Part shown: positions 20,858-30,373 of the stretch, piece after piece
How the letters are laid out: each line of letters starts with the position of its first letter
Position numbering within the stretch: the stretch's first letter is position 1
NCBI GenBank assembly: GCA_964583975.1
Contig: CAZOXU010000001.1
Coordinates: 163,552-227,551 of the forward strand
Direction: 5' to 3'
DNA from: an uncultured Planctomycetales bacterium
GTDB lineage: Bacteria; Omnitrophota; Gorgyraeia; Zapsychrales; Fredricksoniimonadaceae
DNA: 64,000 bases
Program-made: the position numbers and the translations under genes
Notes under the pieces: model-generated
The model's database searches: none
The model's input: the letters and a program-made list of their open reading frames with translations, nothing else
What the model was told of the DNA's origin: nothing

Positions 20858-22837
20858 TTGCCAGGAAAGATTTTTAATAATAATATTTTTCTCATTGTGC
20901 GTTATCTCAAAACAGCCTCTATTTTCTTAGTACTCATTTTCCTTCCGGCTTTCATCTTCCCTTTCAGCGCTCATACAGATGGATTCTATATTGTCACGCT
21001 CAAGGGTAACTGGCTCGGTAATAATGAAGCTCCGGCTCTCATTATGCAAGGCCGGCCGTTCTTTGCTTGGTTGAATAGTTTTCTGGGATGGCATATCAGC
21101 AGCATTGAACAATTCACCTATTTAAGAATATTTATTTTCCTTACCAAAATGGCGGCCAGTTGGCTTGTATTCAAATTCTGCACTTCTTTGTCGATGAGCT
21201 ATCTGTGTTCCTTTGCCACGGCCTTCTTCTTTATTTTGCTGCCAGCCAATATTTTAAACGTACTTTGGACATCCAACGGTATGCCTGAGTCAATCGCCTT
21301 GCTCTTTGGCTTGACCTCCTATGTCATGCTGACAACCACCCTACTCAAGAAAAAGAATGCCATCCTTGCGGCTGCCTTATTCCTATGTTCACTCTTGACC
21401 TATCAACCCATGGCCATGATCGTATTTGCCATGATGTTTCTTAAAATGCTCTTTGCCCAAGAATCGTGGGCATCGACCCGAGCTTCGATCATCAAGGAGT
21501 GCTGCTTCTTTGGTGTGCTTTTGGCCGTATATTGGGCCATTGTCAAAATTGTCATCCTTCCTTACGGCAAGAACGTTCTGAAATTTCCCACGCTTAATTC
21601 GAATATTTACGACATGGAATTGGTCCACAATTTCTCTAAGAAATATGACTTGGCCTGTGAGCTTTTAAGAAACTCCTTGATCGGAACATGGGATGCACTT
21701 TTGCATAATCATCCACGCATTGAATGGCTGGCGATCGCAGCGTTTTGGATCGTAGCAGGGACTGTGCTGTTGATTTATAAGAAACGCGTGACGGGAATAT
21801 CGAACATCGCAATCCAAAAACTTGCCTGCGGTGTCATCTTATTTTTATTGGCCAATACACCCTCACTCATGCCTGTTAATTACACATCGATCATCGGCTA
21901 TCGCACCTTTCTGTCATCAAGCTTGATGGGCTTGGCGTTAGTCATCTTTTATTTTAACTATCTCGCCCGCAGCGTTGACAATCGTCCTTCTAAGAAAATT
22001 GTACATGCAGTGGTGGCTATTTATTTCTTAAGCATGACACTGACGGCCACATGGTTAATTCATCAAACCGTCCGCAATTACCGTAAAGAAAACCATTTCG
22101 TTCAAGCGATTGCCGCCAAAACGGATTATAGCCGTGTTGATACGGTTGCGATCATCCTTAACCGCCGAGGCGACTCGGTCATTGAATATGAACTGCCCTT
22201 TGAATTTGGCTTGACTACAACAACGACTGATCATATCCGTTTTATGTTTGAGAAATACAGTTTACCGCTTGGTAAGACACTCACCTTCCAAGAAGTCTTT
22301 CTAGATTGGCCTGTGGTGGCGGATGATCATATGCAGGTCGTTGATATGCCTTCTTTGCGGGGGGTCGAGCGCATTAAATATGCCAAGCCAGGGGTCAGGA
22401 TGAAGGTTCATTTATCAGCAGAGCCCCAAGCGAACATCTCAATTATCAACGTGTCTTCTACGGCTCATCCTTTACTCGTGTTTAAAGAGATCGACACTCA
22501 AACCCATAAAGAACGCTTCTGGACACTTAAACCCGGGACTCGACAAGAATATATTGAGGTTGAATTTATCGATAAACCTAAATTGACAGCGGGATATAAA
22601 CTGCAAGCCGTATGCGAGGATAGCAAAAAAAATCCCTGCCATTTTTCATGGCAGATCCAGACATCCAACGATCATCAACAGTGGCAAGATTTATCTTTTC
22701 AAACATCGAGGATCCCCAAACCCGAAATCTTCGAGCTGCCTTCCAGGGAAACCAGTAGGTATATCCGCTTTATCATCACCAAGGACAATCCCGATGACAC
22801 GCTGCTTATCCAAGCGGTGCAGTTGTTTAATTTTTGA
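20858..22837 (+). CDS. Polytopic membrane protein with a C-terminal beta-sandwich (discoidin/F5-8 type C-like) domain
   Basis: The N-terminal ~400 aa have multiple TM helices. The C-terminal ~150 aa are hydrophilic and end ..YIRFIITKDNPDDTLLIQAVQLFNF. This is a weak domain call. Confidence 0.3.
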   Translation: MPGKIFNNNIFLIVRYLKTASIFLVLIFLPAFIFPFSAHTDGFYIVTLKGNWLGNNEAPALIMQGRPFFAWLNSFLGWHISSIEQFTYLRIFIFLTKMAASWLVFKFCTSLSMSYLCSFATAFFFILLPANILNVLWTSNGMPESIALLFGLTSYVMLTTTLLKKKNAILAAALFLCSLLTYQPMAMIVFAMMFLKMLFAQESWASTRASIIKECCFFGVLLAVYWAIVKIVILPYGKNVLKFPTLNSNIYDMELVHNFSKKYDLACELLRNSLIGTWDALLHNHPRIEWLAIAAFWIVAGTVLLIYKKRVTGISNIAIQKLACGVILFLLANTPSLMPVNYTSIIGYRTFLSSSLMGLALVIFYFNYLARSVDNRPSKKIVHAVVAIYFLSMTLTATWLIHQTVRNYRKENHFVQAIAAKTDYSRVDTVAIILNRRGDSVIEYELPFEFGLTTTTTDHIRFMFEKYSLPLGKTLTFQEVFLDWPVVADDHMQVVDMPSLRGVERIKYAKPGVRMKVHLSAEPQANISIINVSSTAHPLLVFKEIDTQTHKERFWTLKPGTRQEYIEVEFIDKPKLTAGYKLQAVCEDSKKNPCHFSWQIQTSNDHQQWQDLSFQTSRIPKPEIFELPSRETSRYIRFIITKDNPDDTLLIQAVQLFNF

Positions 22838-23252
22838 CAAAATCTACCATCCATTCAATACCATATTTGTCTCTGAACATACCAAAATATGAGCCCCAAG
22901 GACTATTCTCCATAGGCATCTCTATGTTTCCACCTGCTGAAAGGCCATTAAATAATTTATCTGCCTCTTCTTTGCTTTCTGCACTTATGACAATCTTGCT
23001 TCTGTTTTCATTTTCGTTTGTGCGTCCCATAAATTCCGGCACATCGTTTGCCATTAACACACTGCCTTTACCAATGGGCAAAGCAATATGCATAATTTTA
23101 TTCTTCTCTTTTTCTGCTATTGGCATTCCCGAGACTGCCAGGTCTTTAAAACGTATGACTTTTGCAAACTCCCCGCCGAACACTGATTTGTAAAATGTAA
23201 ATGCTTCTTCGGCATCGCCGTTAAAATTAATGTGTGGATTGATTGTTGCCAT
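22827..23252 (-). CDS. VOC-family protein (glyoxalase/bleomycin-resistance/PhnB-like)
   Basis: The 141-aa product begins MATINPHINFNGDAEEAFTFYKSVFGG, which is PhnB-like. Confidence 0.55.
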   Translation of the reverse strand: MATINPHINFNGDAEEAFTFYKSVFGGEFAKVIRFKDLAVSGMPIAEKEKNKIMHIALPIGKGSVLMANDVPEFMGRTNENENRSKIVISAESKEEADKLFNGLSAGGNIEMPMENSPWGSYFGMFRDKYGIEWMVDFVKN

Positions 23253-23323
23253 AGCTTACCTCCATTTGTTCTGGGCGTGTCATCTGCCCACAACTATTTC
23301 TAGTTACAGGGCGTTGGTGTTGT

Positions 23324-23803
23324 TTAATCTTTAGCTGCTACCTCTAGTAACCCATCAAGATCAAGGGGCTTTGTATACATTTGAACCTCACCGTTCGCAT
23401 CCCGCGGCCATTCTTCCTTGGGCCTGTCTCTATAAATTTCGATGCCATTATTATCTGGATCTCTTAGATAAATTGCTTCACTCACTCCATGATCAGCAGC
23501 ACCTTCAATTGGCCAGTTGTGATCGAGCAATCTTTTTAATGCCCGGGCTAACTCACGACGATCCGGCACAAGGATTGCAAAATGATATAACCCAGTGGTA
23601 TTAGGTGCCGGCGAGGATCCTCCCTGGCTTTCCCAAGTATTTAAACCAATGTGATGATGATACCCGCCTACCGAAAGAAAAGCCGCGTTCTTTCCTATTC
23701 TGGTTGTGATATCAAATCCCAATATCTGCGTATAAAATTTAACGGCGCGCTCAAGGTCGGAAACTTTAAGATGAACGTGGCCTATATGTGTTTTTGAATG
23801 CAT
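23324..23803 (-). CDS. VOC-family protein (glyoxalase I / extradiol-dioxygenase-like)
   Basis: HIGHVHLKVSDLERAVKFYTQILGFDIT ... GIEIY is present. The likely true start is MHSKTH at 23803, with an AAAGGA RBS. The ORF-track start at 23842 lies inside repeat R1. Confidence 0.6.
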   Translation of the reverse strand: MHSKTHIGHVHLKVSDLERAVKFYTQILGFDITTRIGKNAAFLSVGGYHHHIGLNTWESQGGSSPAPNTTGLYHFAILVPDRRELARALKRLLDHNWPIEGAADHGVSEAIYLRDPDNNGIEIYRDRPKEEWPRDANGEVQMYTKPLDLDGLLEVAAKD

Positions 23804-23828
23804 AAACAGTCCTTTGGTACAAATCACG

Positions 23829-23879
23829 AGACATACAACCATTTCTTTCTCATTAATTAAGTAGTGTGGCCCCGGAACT
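23829..23879. repeat. Cassette-boundary repeat R1 (attC-like imperfect inverted repeat)
   Basis: gagacatacaaccatttctttctcattaattaagtagtgtggccccggaac. Arms GGGACACACAACTTA / TAAGTAGTGTGGCCCC are inverted around a T-rich centre. Confidence 0.5.
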
Positions 23880-24147
23880 ATTCGGCATTTTCTTCATAAG
23901 AATCAAGTGTTATTTGTACTGAATCTCCTCTAGAATTTGTTCCTGACGCCTCTCCATCAGAAATCTCTGCTCCATAAACATGCATATCTCCTCCATTGGG
24001 CCAATGGACATACCTCACTTCTCCATCTTCAACTTCTACAGAAACGGCATATGATCCACTCTCCGTGGTAACAGTAGCATCATATGTATCCGCAGATGCA
24101 ATTGATGTAAAGAATAAAAACAGCGATATAAAAATTGATAATTGCAT
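23878..24147 (-). CDS. Small secreted protein (signal peptide MQLSIFISLFLFFTSIASA)
   Basis: The internal ATG at 24145-24147 gives a clean Sec signal peptide. The ORF-track GTG start lies inside repeat R2. Confidence 0.35.
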   Translation of the reverse strand: MQLSIFISLFLFFTSIASADTYDATVTTESGSYAVSVEVEDGEVRYVHWPNGGDMHVYGAEISDGEASGTNSRGDSVQITLDSYEENAE

Positions 24148-24189
24148 ATTAATATGGGCTCTTAGTTCACATTTTTCACATATACATCC

Positions 24190-24246
24190 ATCTAGAAACA
24201 CACAACTTCTCTTTTTCTCATTAATTAAGTAGTGTGGACCCGGAAC
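24190..24246. repeat. Cassette-boundary repeat R2
   Basis: atctagaaacacacaacttctctttttctcattaattaagtagtgtggacccggaac. Confidence 0.5.
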
Positions 24247-24274
24247 ATATTTTGGGCACCATATTGGACGCTCG

Positions 24275-25105
24275 TTATCTACCCTCAGTCTTAACTTTCA
24301 AATTAGCATTAACAGGATTCAATGTAGAATCAAATTTGCCAACATTCACCTCGGGATTGATTCCTTTTATTCTAAGCACTTTCTCACTATCGCTGGAAAT
24401 ATATACCGTTTTGTTTTTCTTTGTATCACCACCTAAATATTCTGAGGCAGCAGCAATCATTACAGGAAACATCTTTCGCAAGTCACTAGAACTACCTGAA
24501 CTTGAAATCTCTGTTCTCCATAATTCTTTTTGCGTTTTATTTTCTCTATAAAACTTTAAGTCAAATGCATCCAAAACAATATCCTTTGCATAAGTTTCGT
24601 AAGTTCCAACATGAGAAGTTGCTCCTATTACACCATAAGAAGGGGTATAAACTGTAGTAGATTGCTGTGTTGTTGCTCCAAATAAGCTAGCATTATTCCC
24701 GTAAACATTCATGTTTCCTGTAGTGTTAGCTGCTCCAGTTGTTGTTGAAGATAATACTCCGGTTTTCCCATACACAGGCATAGCATAGGAATACACATGT
24801 TCTTTTGGATCACCAATTCCATAGCCAAGAAATATCACAATATTAGCTTCCTCTTCCTTATCGACCAATTCATATCCCTTCCATTCCAAGGCTATCTTTA
24901 CATAAGCAAGGTATTCTTTGAATTGGAGGTCATAATTATGCACATTCTGCATACCTGATAGGACAACACATTTCTTTTCAGAAACCTGCTCACTGCTGCT
25001 TATTGAATTTACAACTATAGGTATCTCCGGTGTGATATCTGCATACTGTACTGTCGAACAACCAGATAAAATTAAACATAGTAAAAACCCTAGCAATTCT
25101 TTCAT
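24275..25105 (-). CDS. Lipoprotein (lipobox LSGC), Ser/Thr/Gly-rich
   Basis: MKELLGFLLCLILSGCSTV gives a signal peptide with a lipobox. The remainder has low complexity and no enzymatic motif. Confidence 0.4.
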   Translation of the reverse strand: MKELLGFLLCLILSGCSTVQYADITPEIPIVVNSISSSEQVSEKKCVVLSGMQNVHNYDLQFKEYLAYVKIALEWKGYELVDKEEEANIVIFLGYGIGDPKEHVYSYAMPVYGKTGVLSSTTTGAANTTGNMNVYGNNASLFGATTQQSTTVYTPSYGVIGATSHVGTYETYAKDIVLDAFDLKFYRENKTQKELWRTEISSSGSSSDLRKMFPVMIAAASEYLGGDTKKNKTVYISSDSEKVLRIKGINPEVNVGKFDSTLNPVNANLKVKTEGR

Positions 25106-25164
25106 AATCCTCCCAAGATAATCAGTTCTAGCTTATTGATTAATCATACGTTAAAAAATACAAA

Positions 25165-25220
25165 ATCTAGGGACATACAACTTAACTTTTCTCATAAATT
25201 AAGCAGTGTGGCCCCTGAAC
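25165..25220. repeat. Cassette-boundary repeat R3
   Basis: atctagggacatacaacttaacttttctcataaattaagcagtgtggcccctgaac. Confidence 0.5.
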
Positions 25221-25261
25221 TAGCTAATGATCCAACGATGTCTTTGATGTATGCCCCTTAC

Positions 25262-25846
25262 TTATTTCTTTTTATCGCGGAAATTATAAATTGAACCACT
25301 AGCAACGACCGTGTCTCCACTCGCTGCATGAATTTCAGAATTCTCTTTAAAATAATTACTACACCCATAGCTATTTTCTAATTGTTCTAAAACATTTTTT
25401 CCCTGTCCCAAAACTTCTCGAATTTGTTGCGGAGAATACTCTGGTGTTTTTTTCAAATTTACATAAAAGTTCCCAATTTGCATGTCTAATGAATATTTTC
25501 CGAAACCATTATATTTTTCATAATTATCAAAAATGAATCTATACGTGTTTATATTAGAATTCCGTTCATCTCGATTACTTAAAATCTTCTCAATTTCTTG
25601 TACATTTGCTAATACTTCAGTATAAAAACGGCATTCAAAATTCTCAGATTGCGATTTCATAACGAATTGTGGTGTAATTGTTTTTGGATTAGATGAACCC
25701 ATTGATGGCCAAAATTTTAATGCCGATAATATTACGATAATAATAAATATCGCAATCTTTAACCGTTCAGGAATTAACTTCCAGATTTGGTTAATGAATT
25801 CTTGCATCTCATCTTTAAAATTATCTTTTGATTGTTTCTTTACCAC
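25262..25846 (-). CDS. Hypothetical protein with one N-terminal TM helix
   Basis: The 194-aa product contains the hydrophobic segment IAIFIIIVILSALKFWP. Confidence 0.3.
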   Translation of the reverse strand: MVKKQSKDNFKDEMQEFINQIWKLIPERLKIAIFIIIVILSALKFWPSMGSSNPKTITPQFVMKSQSENFECRFYTEVLANVQEIEKILSNRDERNSNINTYRFIFDNYEKYNGFGKYSLDMQIGNFYVNLKKTPEYSPQQIREVLGQGKNVLEQLENSYGCSNYFKENSEIHAASGDTVVASGSIYNFRDKKK

Positions 25847-25956
25847 ACTTGACTCCTTCTTTCCATATGAACTACTTCAATATTCTCGCTAGTACCTGAA
25901 TTCTAAAAATTATTATCCATTTCTTGAACAAATGAGCTTCTAGTTAAAACATCTAA

Positions 25957-26026
25957 ATCTAGGGACACACAACTTATCTTTTTCTCATTAATTAAGTAGT
26001 GTGGCCCCGGAACTTGGCCCCGGAAC
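25957..26026. repeat. Cassette-boundary repeat R4 (with an internal duplication of the ggccccggaac arm)
   Basis: atctagggacacacaacttatctttttctcattaattaagtagtgtggccccggaacttggccccggaac. The stop codon of the upstream cassette ORF lies within the repeat. Confidence 0.5.
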
Positions 26027-27047
26027 TATTTGTTCTCTCTACTTCAACTAAAGGCTTTATCCAACCCCAGAGTTCATCAAATGGAGCATCTTTGGGAAAC
26101 TTTCTATCTGGATATAATTTACATTGCATTAACATTTCCCACATAGCTTCACACGATCGTCTCGGATGCCTGGCTAAGAATGAATCGTAAAAGTTATGGT
26201 AAACCATAGAATGATGCGTATGAATAAAATCTTTCCAAGTTAATTCTAATGCTGTTTTATCTTTTATATCAATAATTTCGACCTCTTCTAATTTACGTTG
26301 ATGGACATCTCCCCATCCTTCTTTTAATAATCTAATAGCCTCAACATCCGTAGTTGGAGCGCTATAACCAAAAATAGTGAATATATAGGCATGACCCATG
26401 AATTTCTTTACTTCATCCCAGCAATTGCTAATAAAAGGATCTGCCGTGTAATTTTTCTTCATCACTGGATATAAAAGAGGAATGTTGGTGAATATTTCAT
26501 TGCATTTACTGCATCTCTGATTAACAACACCCATAATTTTGTCACTCATACAATAACCAACACCAACATTACCATGAAGAAATAGTGGGTGTGGCATATC
26601 CGCATACTTATAATTTCTACATAAACTCCAGTAAAGAAATGGATCCCAATTAAAAGTAGCAACTATATCTTTTGCTCGGAGACAAAGCACCAGGTGATCA
26701 TATAAGGTTGGAGTTGAAGGCAATTTTAAAGATACGAAATATCCATGCACCTTCTTTTCGATTTGAGGCAGTAGATCTAAGTATTTTGGATCGGCATGTA
26801 GCAAACTATATAGTTGTTCGAAATTCTCACTCTTATATTGAATATCCCATTGCTTTAGCAGAGATCCTAACTCCAAGACCTCAACAAAATCTGCCATTAA
26901 TGGTAAATTTTTCCCTTGTCGTTCTCCTTGAGGGAATGCAGCCCTACTGACGCCAGCACCTAATATGAAGAGGTGTGGCCTTCCAAAAGTAACATTTTGA
27001 ATTTCTTCCTCTTCTGTTCCATTTATGTCATGTACCTTATTAGACAT
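25992..27047 (-). CDS. SIR2-like (DHS-like NAD-binding) domain protein, possible defence-type cargo
   Basis: The N-terminal motif HLFILGAGVSRAAFPQG resembles the SIR2_2 GAGxS glycine-rich motif. The family assignment is tentative. Confidence 0.35.
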   Translation of the reverse strand: MSNKVHDINGTEEEEIQNVTFGRPHLFILGAGVSRAAFPQGERQGKNLPLMADFVEVLELGSLLKQWDIQYKSENFEQLYSLLHADPKYLDLLPQIEKKVHGYFVSLKLPSTPTLYDHLVLCLRAKDIVATFNWDPFLYWSLCRNYKYADMPHPLFLHGNVGVGYCMSDKIMGVVNQRCSKCNEIFTNIPLLYPVMKKNYTADPFISNCWDEVKKFMGHAYIFTIFGYSAPTTDVEAIRLLKEGWGDVHQRKLEEVEIIDIKDKTALELTWKDFIHTHHSMVYHNFYDSFLARHPRRSCEAMWEMLMQCKLYPDRKFPKDAPFDELWGWIKPLVEVERTNSSGAKFRGHTT

Positions 27048-27083
27048 CTGTAAGTAATCTTAATTATGTGCAAGTTTGCATAT

Positions 27084-27159
27084 ATTTAGGGACACACAAC
27101 TTATCTTTCTCTTATTAATTAAGTAGTGTAGCCCCGGAATTCTTTTGGCCCCGGAATTC
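27084..27159. repeat. Cassette-boundary repeat R5 (duplicated right arm)
   Basis: atttagggacacacaacttatctttctcttattaattaagtagtgtagccccggaattcttttggccccggaattc. Confidence 0.5.
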
Positions 27160-27175
27160 TTTATGATAAAGTCTT

Positions 27176-28099
27176 CTATTGAAAAATTAAATTATTTAGA
27201 TATTCTTCTCGTCTTTGACCATCAAACACGCCTCTTAATTGAGAGTTTTCTAATATTTTAAACAGAGAATCTCTAACAAAAAATTCAGTTTCATACAAAA
27301 TACCTTCTGACTGCTCACTTTGGCTAGCCACATCTCTCCCGTGAACAATTTTTGATCTTAATTTATAGGATCGCCTTACTTTTTCATAGATTTCTTTGGC
27401 TACCCCTTTCCTTGATCCTAGAAAAAAGGCTATTCTCTCTGAAATCTTATGAGTAATCTCACTATCACAACCAAAAAGAGATTCTAAGGCTACCCACAAA
27501 AGAAGAAATCTAACCTCCGGATAAGGAGCAGTTAATGCTTGGATGAGTGAATGTATAGGAACCCATAAACTGCTCTTCTTTGAAAGCGACTGTAAAATCA
27601 AATTTAAATCTTTAGCACAATTCAGCTCTACTCTTCCAAATTCATCTGTTGCATACCTGCTATTGGGTAAATAAGAAAATACCGAAGAGGCTTGTCGCAT
27701 AACTGGATAAGAATCAATATTTTCTACATGAAAAACTGTTTTTCCAGATATTCCTGTAGGTTTAACGATCCACATAGCTAGATTAGCGAATAATATGCTC
27801 TCAGTTGCAGCATCTTGCTTGGATCGTTGCTTTTCTCCTTTCCATTCCTTATCTACATCACCTAAAGAATCAGCTTGATATTCGCAAACAAACATAAATT
27901 CCGAATCTTCAAACCGTTCTTTTTGGATAAAACTCAAATAATTAAGCCCCTGCATATTTCGCAAACTATCGGGGATTTGAATAATTTTTACATTTCCTAA
28001 GTCAGCCCCCGAACTTAAACTTCTACAAAAATCTATAGGCTTGATTGTCATCCATTGAGCCATACTTTCTCCTCTTCTAAAGAATCTGGGGACATACAA
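27176..28099 (-). CDS. Hypothetical protein
   Basis: The 307-aa product has no motif assigned. Confidence 0.3.
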   Translation of the reverse strand: MYVPRFFRRGESMAQWMTIKPIDFCRSLSSGADLGNVKIIQIPDSLRNMQGLNYLSFIQKERFEDSEFMFVCEYQADSLGDVDKEWKGEKQRSKQDAATESILFANLAMWIVKPTGISGKTVFHVENIDSYPVMRQASSVFSYLPNSRYATDEFGRVELNCAKDLNLILQSLSKKSSLWVPIHSLIQALTAPYPEVRFLLLWVALESLFGCDSEITHKISERIAFFLGSRKGVAKEIYEKVRRSYKLRSKIVHGRDVASQSEQSEGILYETEFFVRDSLFKILENSQLRGVFDGQRREEYLNNLIFQ

Positions 28100-28137
28100 C
28101 TTATCTATTTCTTACTAATTAAGTAGTGTGGTTCCGA
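28083..28137. repeat. Cassette-boundary repeat R6
   Basis: atctggggacatacaacttatctatttcttactaattaagtagtgtggttccgaa. Confidence 0.5.
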
Positions 28138-28151
28138 AAATCTATTCACTC

Positions 28152-28880
28152 TTAATTCTCAATTTCTAATAGTTCTAAAATCTCTTTAGAAATCTCTCTT
28201 AGGCCAAATTTCTGTGCAACAAAACCTAAAGTTAATAATACAGTATCATAAGCAGTTTCAACAATTTGCATTTGATCATTTTTATATTGAATTGAATTTA
28301 CTCCTCCAAGATTAAAACTTCTTGGATTGCCTCCATAAATTTGCATTATATGTCCATAATGTGCATGGATATAACCTGAGAAAATTTTATAAACATTCAA
28401 ATTTCTCTTTCTAGTTCCTTCGTCTTCTTTAAGTCCTGATATGACCCTTACCATTGCATTATGAATCTTTCTAGTTTCGACATGTTCAGTTACAATTTCC
28501 CATTTACCATCAATATTTGCCTCAAAGAAAGCTTTAATAAACTGATCAACATGCTGAGACTTCTCAGGGTATTTCTCAAGTAAAAAATAAATTTCAGACG
28601 AGCAGTCATTAATACAACGAAAAAGCGCACTCATATCAATAAATAAACCATGATCACATAATACCTTCATGGATTGTATACTTTGAGTTGCCCTTATTGC
28701 TTTTAGAACAACAACCACTTCTATAGTTTGATTAGAATATTCGAATGTTTTCTTCTCAGACAGCCATGCTGGTTCTCCTATTGTTTGTCGTTGAAGTTTT
28801 TCTGTAATGGAAAACAACTTATTTAAATCCATAAATTCTCCGATATACACATTTGTGCTAAAGATAGGTAAAATTAGCAT
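28152..28880 (-). CDS. Hypothetical protein (last/first cassette of the array)
   Basis: The 242-aa product has an alternative start MDLNKLF at 28832. No motif is assigned. Confidence 0.3.
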   Translation of the reverse strand: MLILPIFSTNVYIGEFMDLNKLFSITEKLQRQTIGEPAWLSEKKTFEYSNQTIEVVVVLKAIRATQSIQSMKVLCDHGLFIDMSALFRCINDCSSEIYFLLEKYPEKSQHVDQFIKAFFEANIDGKWEIVTEHVETRKIHNAMVRVISGLKEDEGTRKRNLNVYKIFSGYIHAHYGHIMQIYGGNPRSFNLGGVNSIQYKNDQMQIVETAYDTVLLTLGFVAQKFGLREISKEILELLEIEN

Positions 28881-28921
28881 AAATTAACCAAAATTGACAG
28901 TACTTAGATAAGCACCCAGGT

Positions 28922-28960
28922 AAAACAAAAAAGCCAGCACGTTTTAGCGTACTGGCTTTT
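28922..28960 (-). terminator. Intrinsic terminator downstream of gap (hairpin + U-tract on the minus strand)
   Basis: The minus-strand RNA AAGCCAGUACGCUAAAACGUGCUGGCUUUUUUGUUUU forms a 9-bp stem followed by a U-run. Confidence 0.55.
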
Positions 28961-28967
28961 GGGAATG

Positions 28968-29012
28968 CGTACGGGCTGGTAATCCGCCCCTGTACGGGCG
29001 AGGTAACCTCGC
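28968..29012. repeat. GC-rich palindromic (REP-like) element, copy 2
   Basis: gtacgggctggtaatccgcccctgtacgggcgaggtaacctcgcccctac shares GTACGGGC and GGGCGAGGnAACCTCGCCC with copy 1. Confidence 0.45.
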
Positions 29013-29014
29013 CC

Positions 29015-30184
<1,170 letters not shown>

Positions 30185-30262
30185 CTATACTATCGCCTCA
30201 AATTTCCCGCTAGAAGCGGGTCAGCCTTTGGCTGAACGGGCATTATAATTTTGACATTTTTA

Positions 30263-30337
30263 CGGGGAGTAGCGCAGTTGGCTTAGCGCGCTTGCTTTGG
30301 GAGCAAGAGGTCCCGGGTTCGAGCCCCGGCTTCCCGA
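30263..30337 (+). tRNA. tRNA-Pro (anticodon UGG)
   Basis: The cloverleaf was folded by hand. Acceptor CGGGGAG/CUUCCCG includes one G-U pair. D-stem is GCGC/GCGC and anticodon stem CUUGC/GCAAG, with loop UUUGGGA giving anticodon UGG and G37. T-arm is CCGGG-UUCGAGC-CCCGG, the discriminator is A, and no CCA is encoded. Confidence 0.8.
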
Positions 30338-30373
30338 TTTTTCTCCAACTGGCAATATTATCCTTAAGATGCC

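Noticed and set aside
23829-28137. The possibility that R1-R6 form a CRISPR array
   Set aside because: The repeats are 55-75 bp and imperfect. They are separated by 0.3-1 kb segments that are full protein-coding genes, not ~30-bp spacers. No cas genes are nearby.
30241-30262. Possible island integration at tRNA-Pro (direct repeat of the tRNA 3' end flanking 22.8-28.9 kb)
   Set aside because: The cassette array is separated from the tRNA by gap. I could not find a duplicated copy of the tRNA 3' end at the far side of the array by eye.
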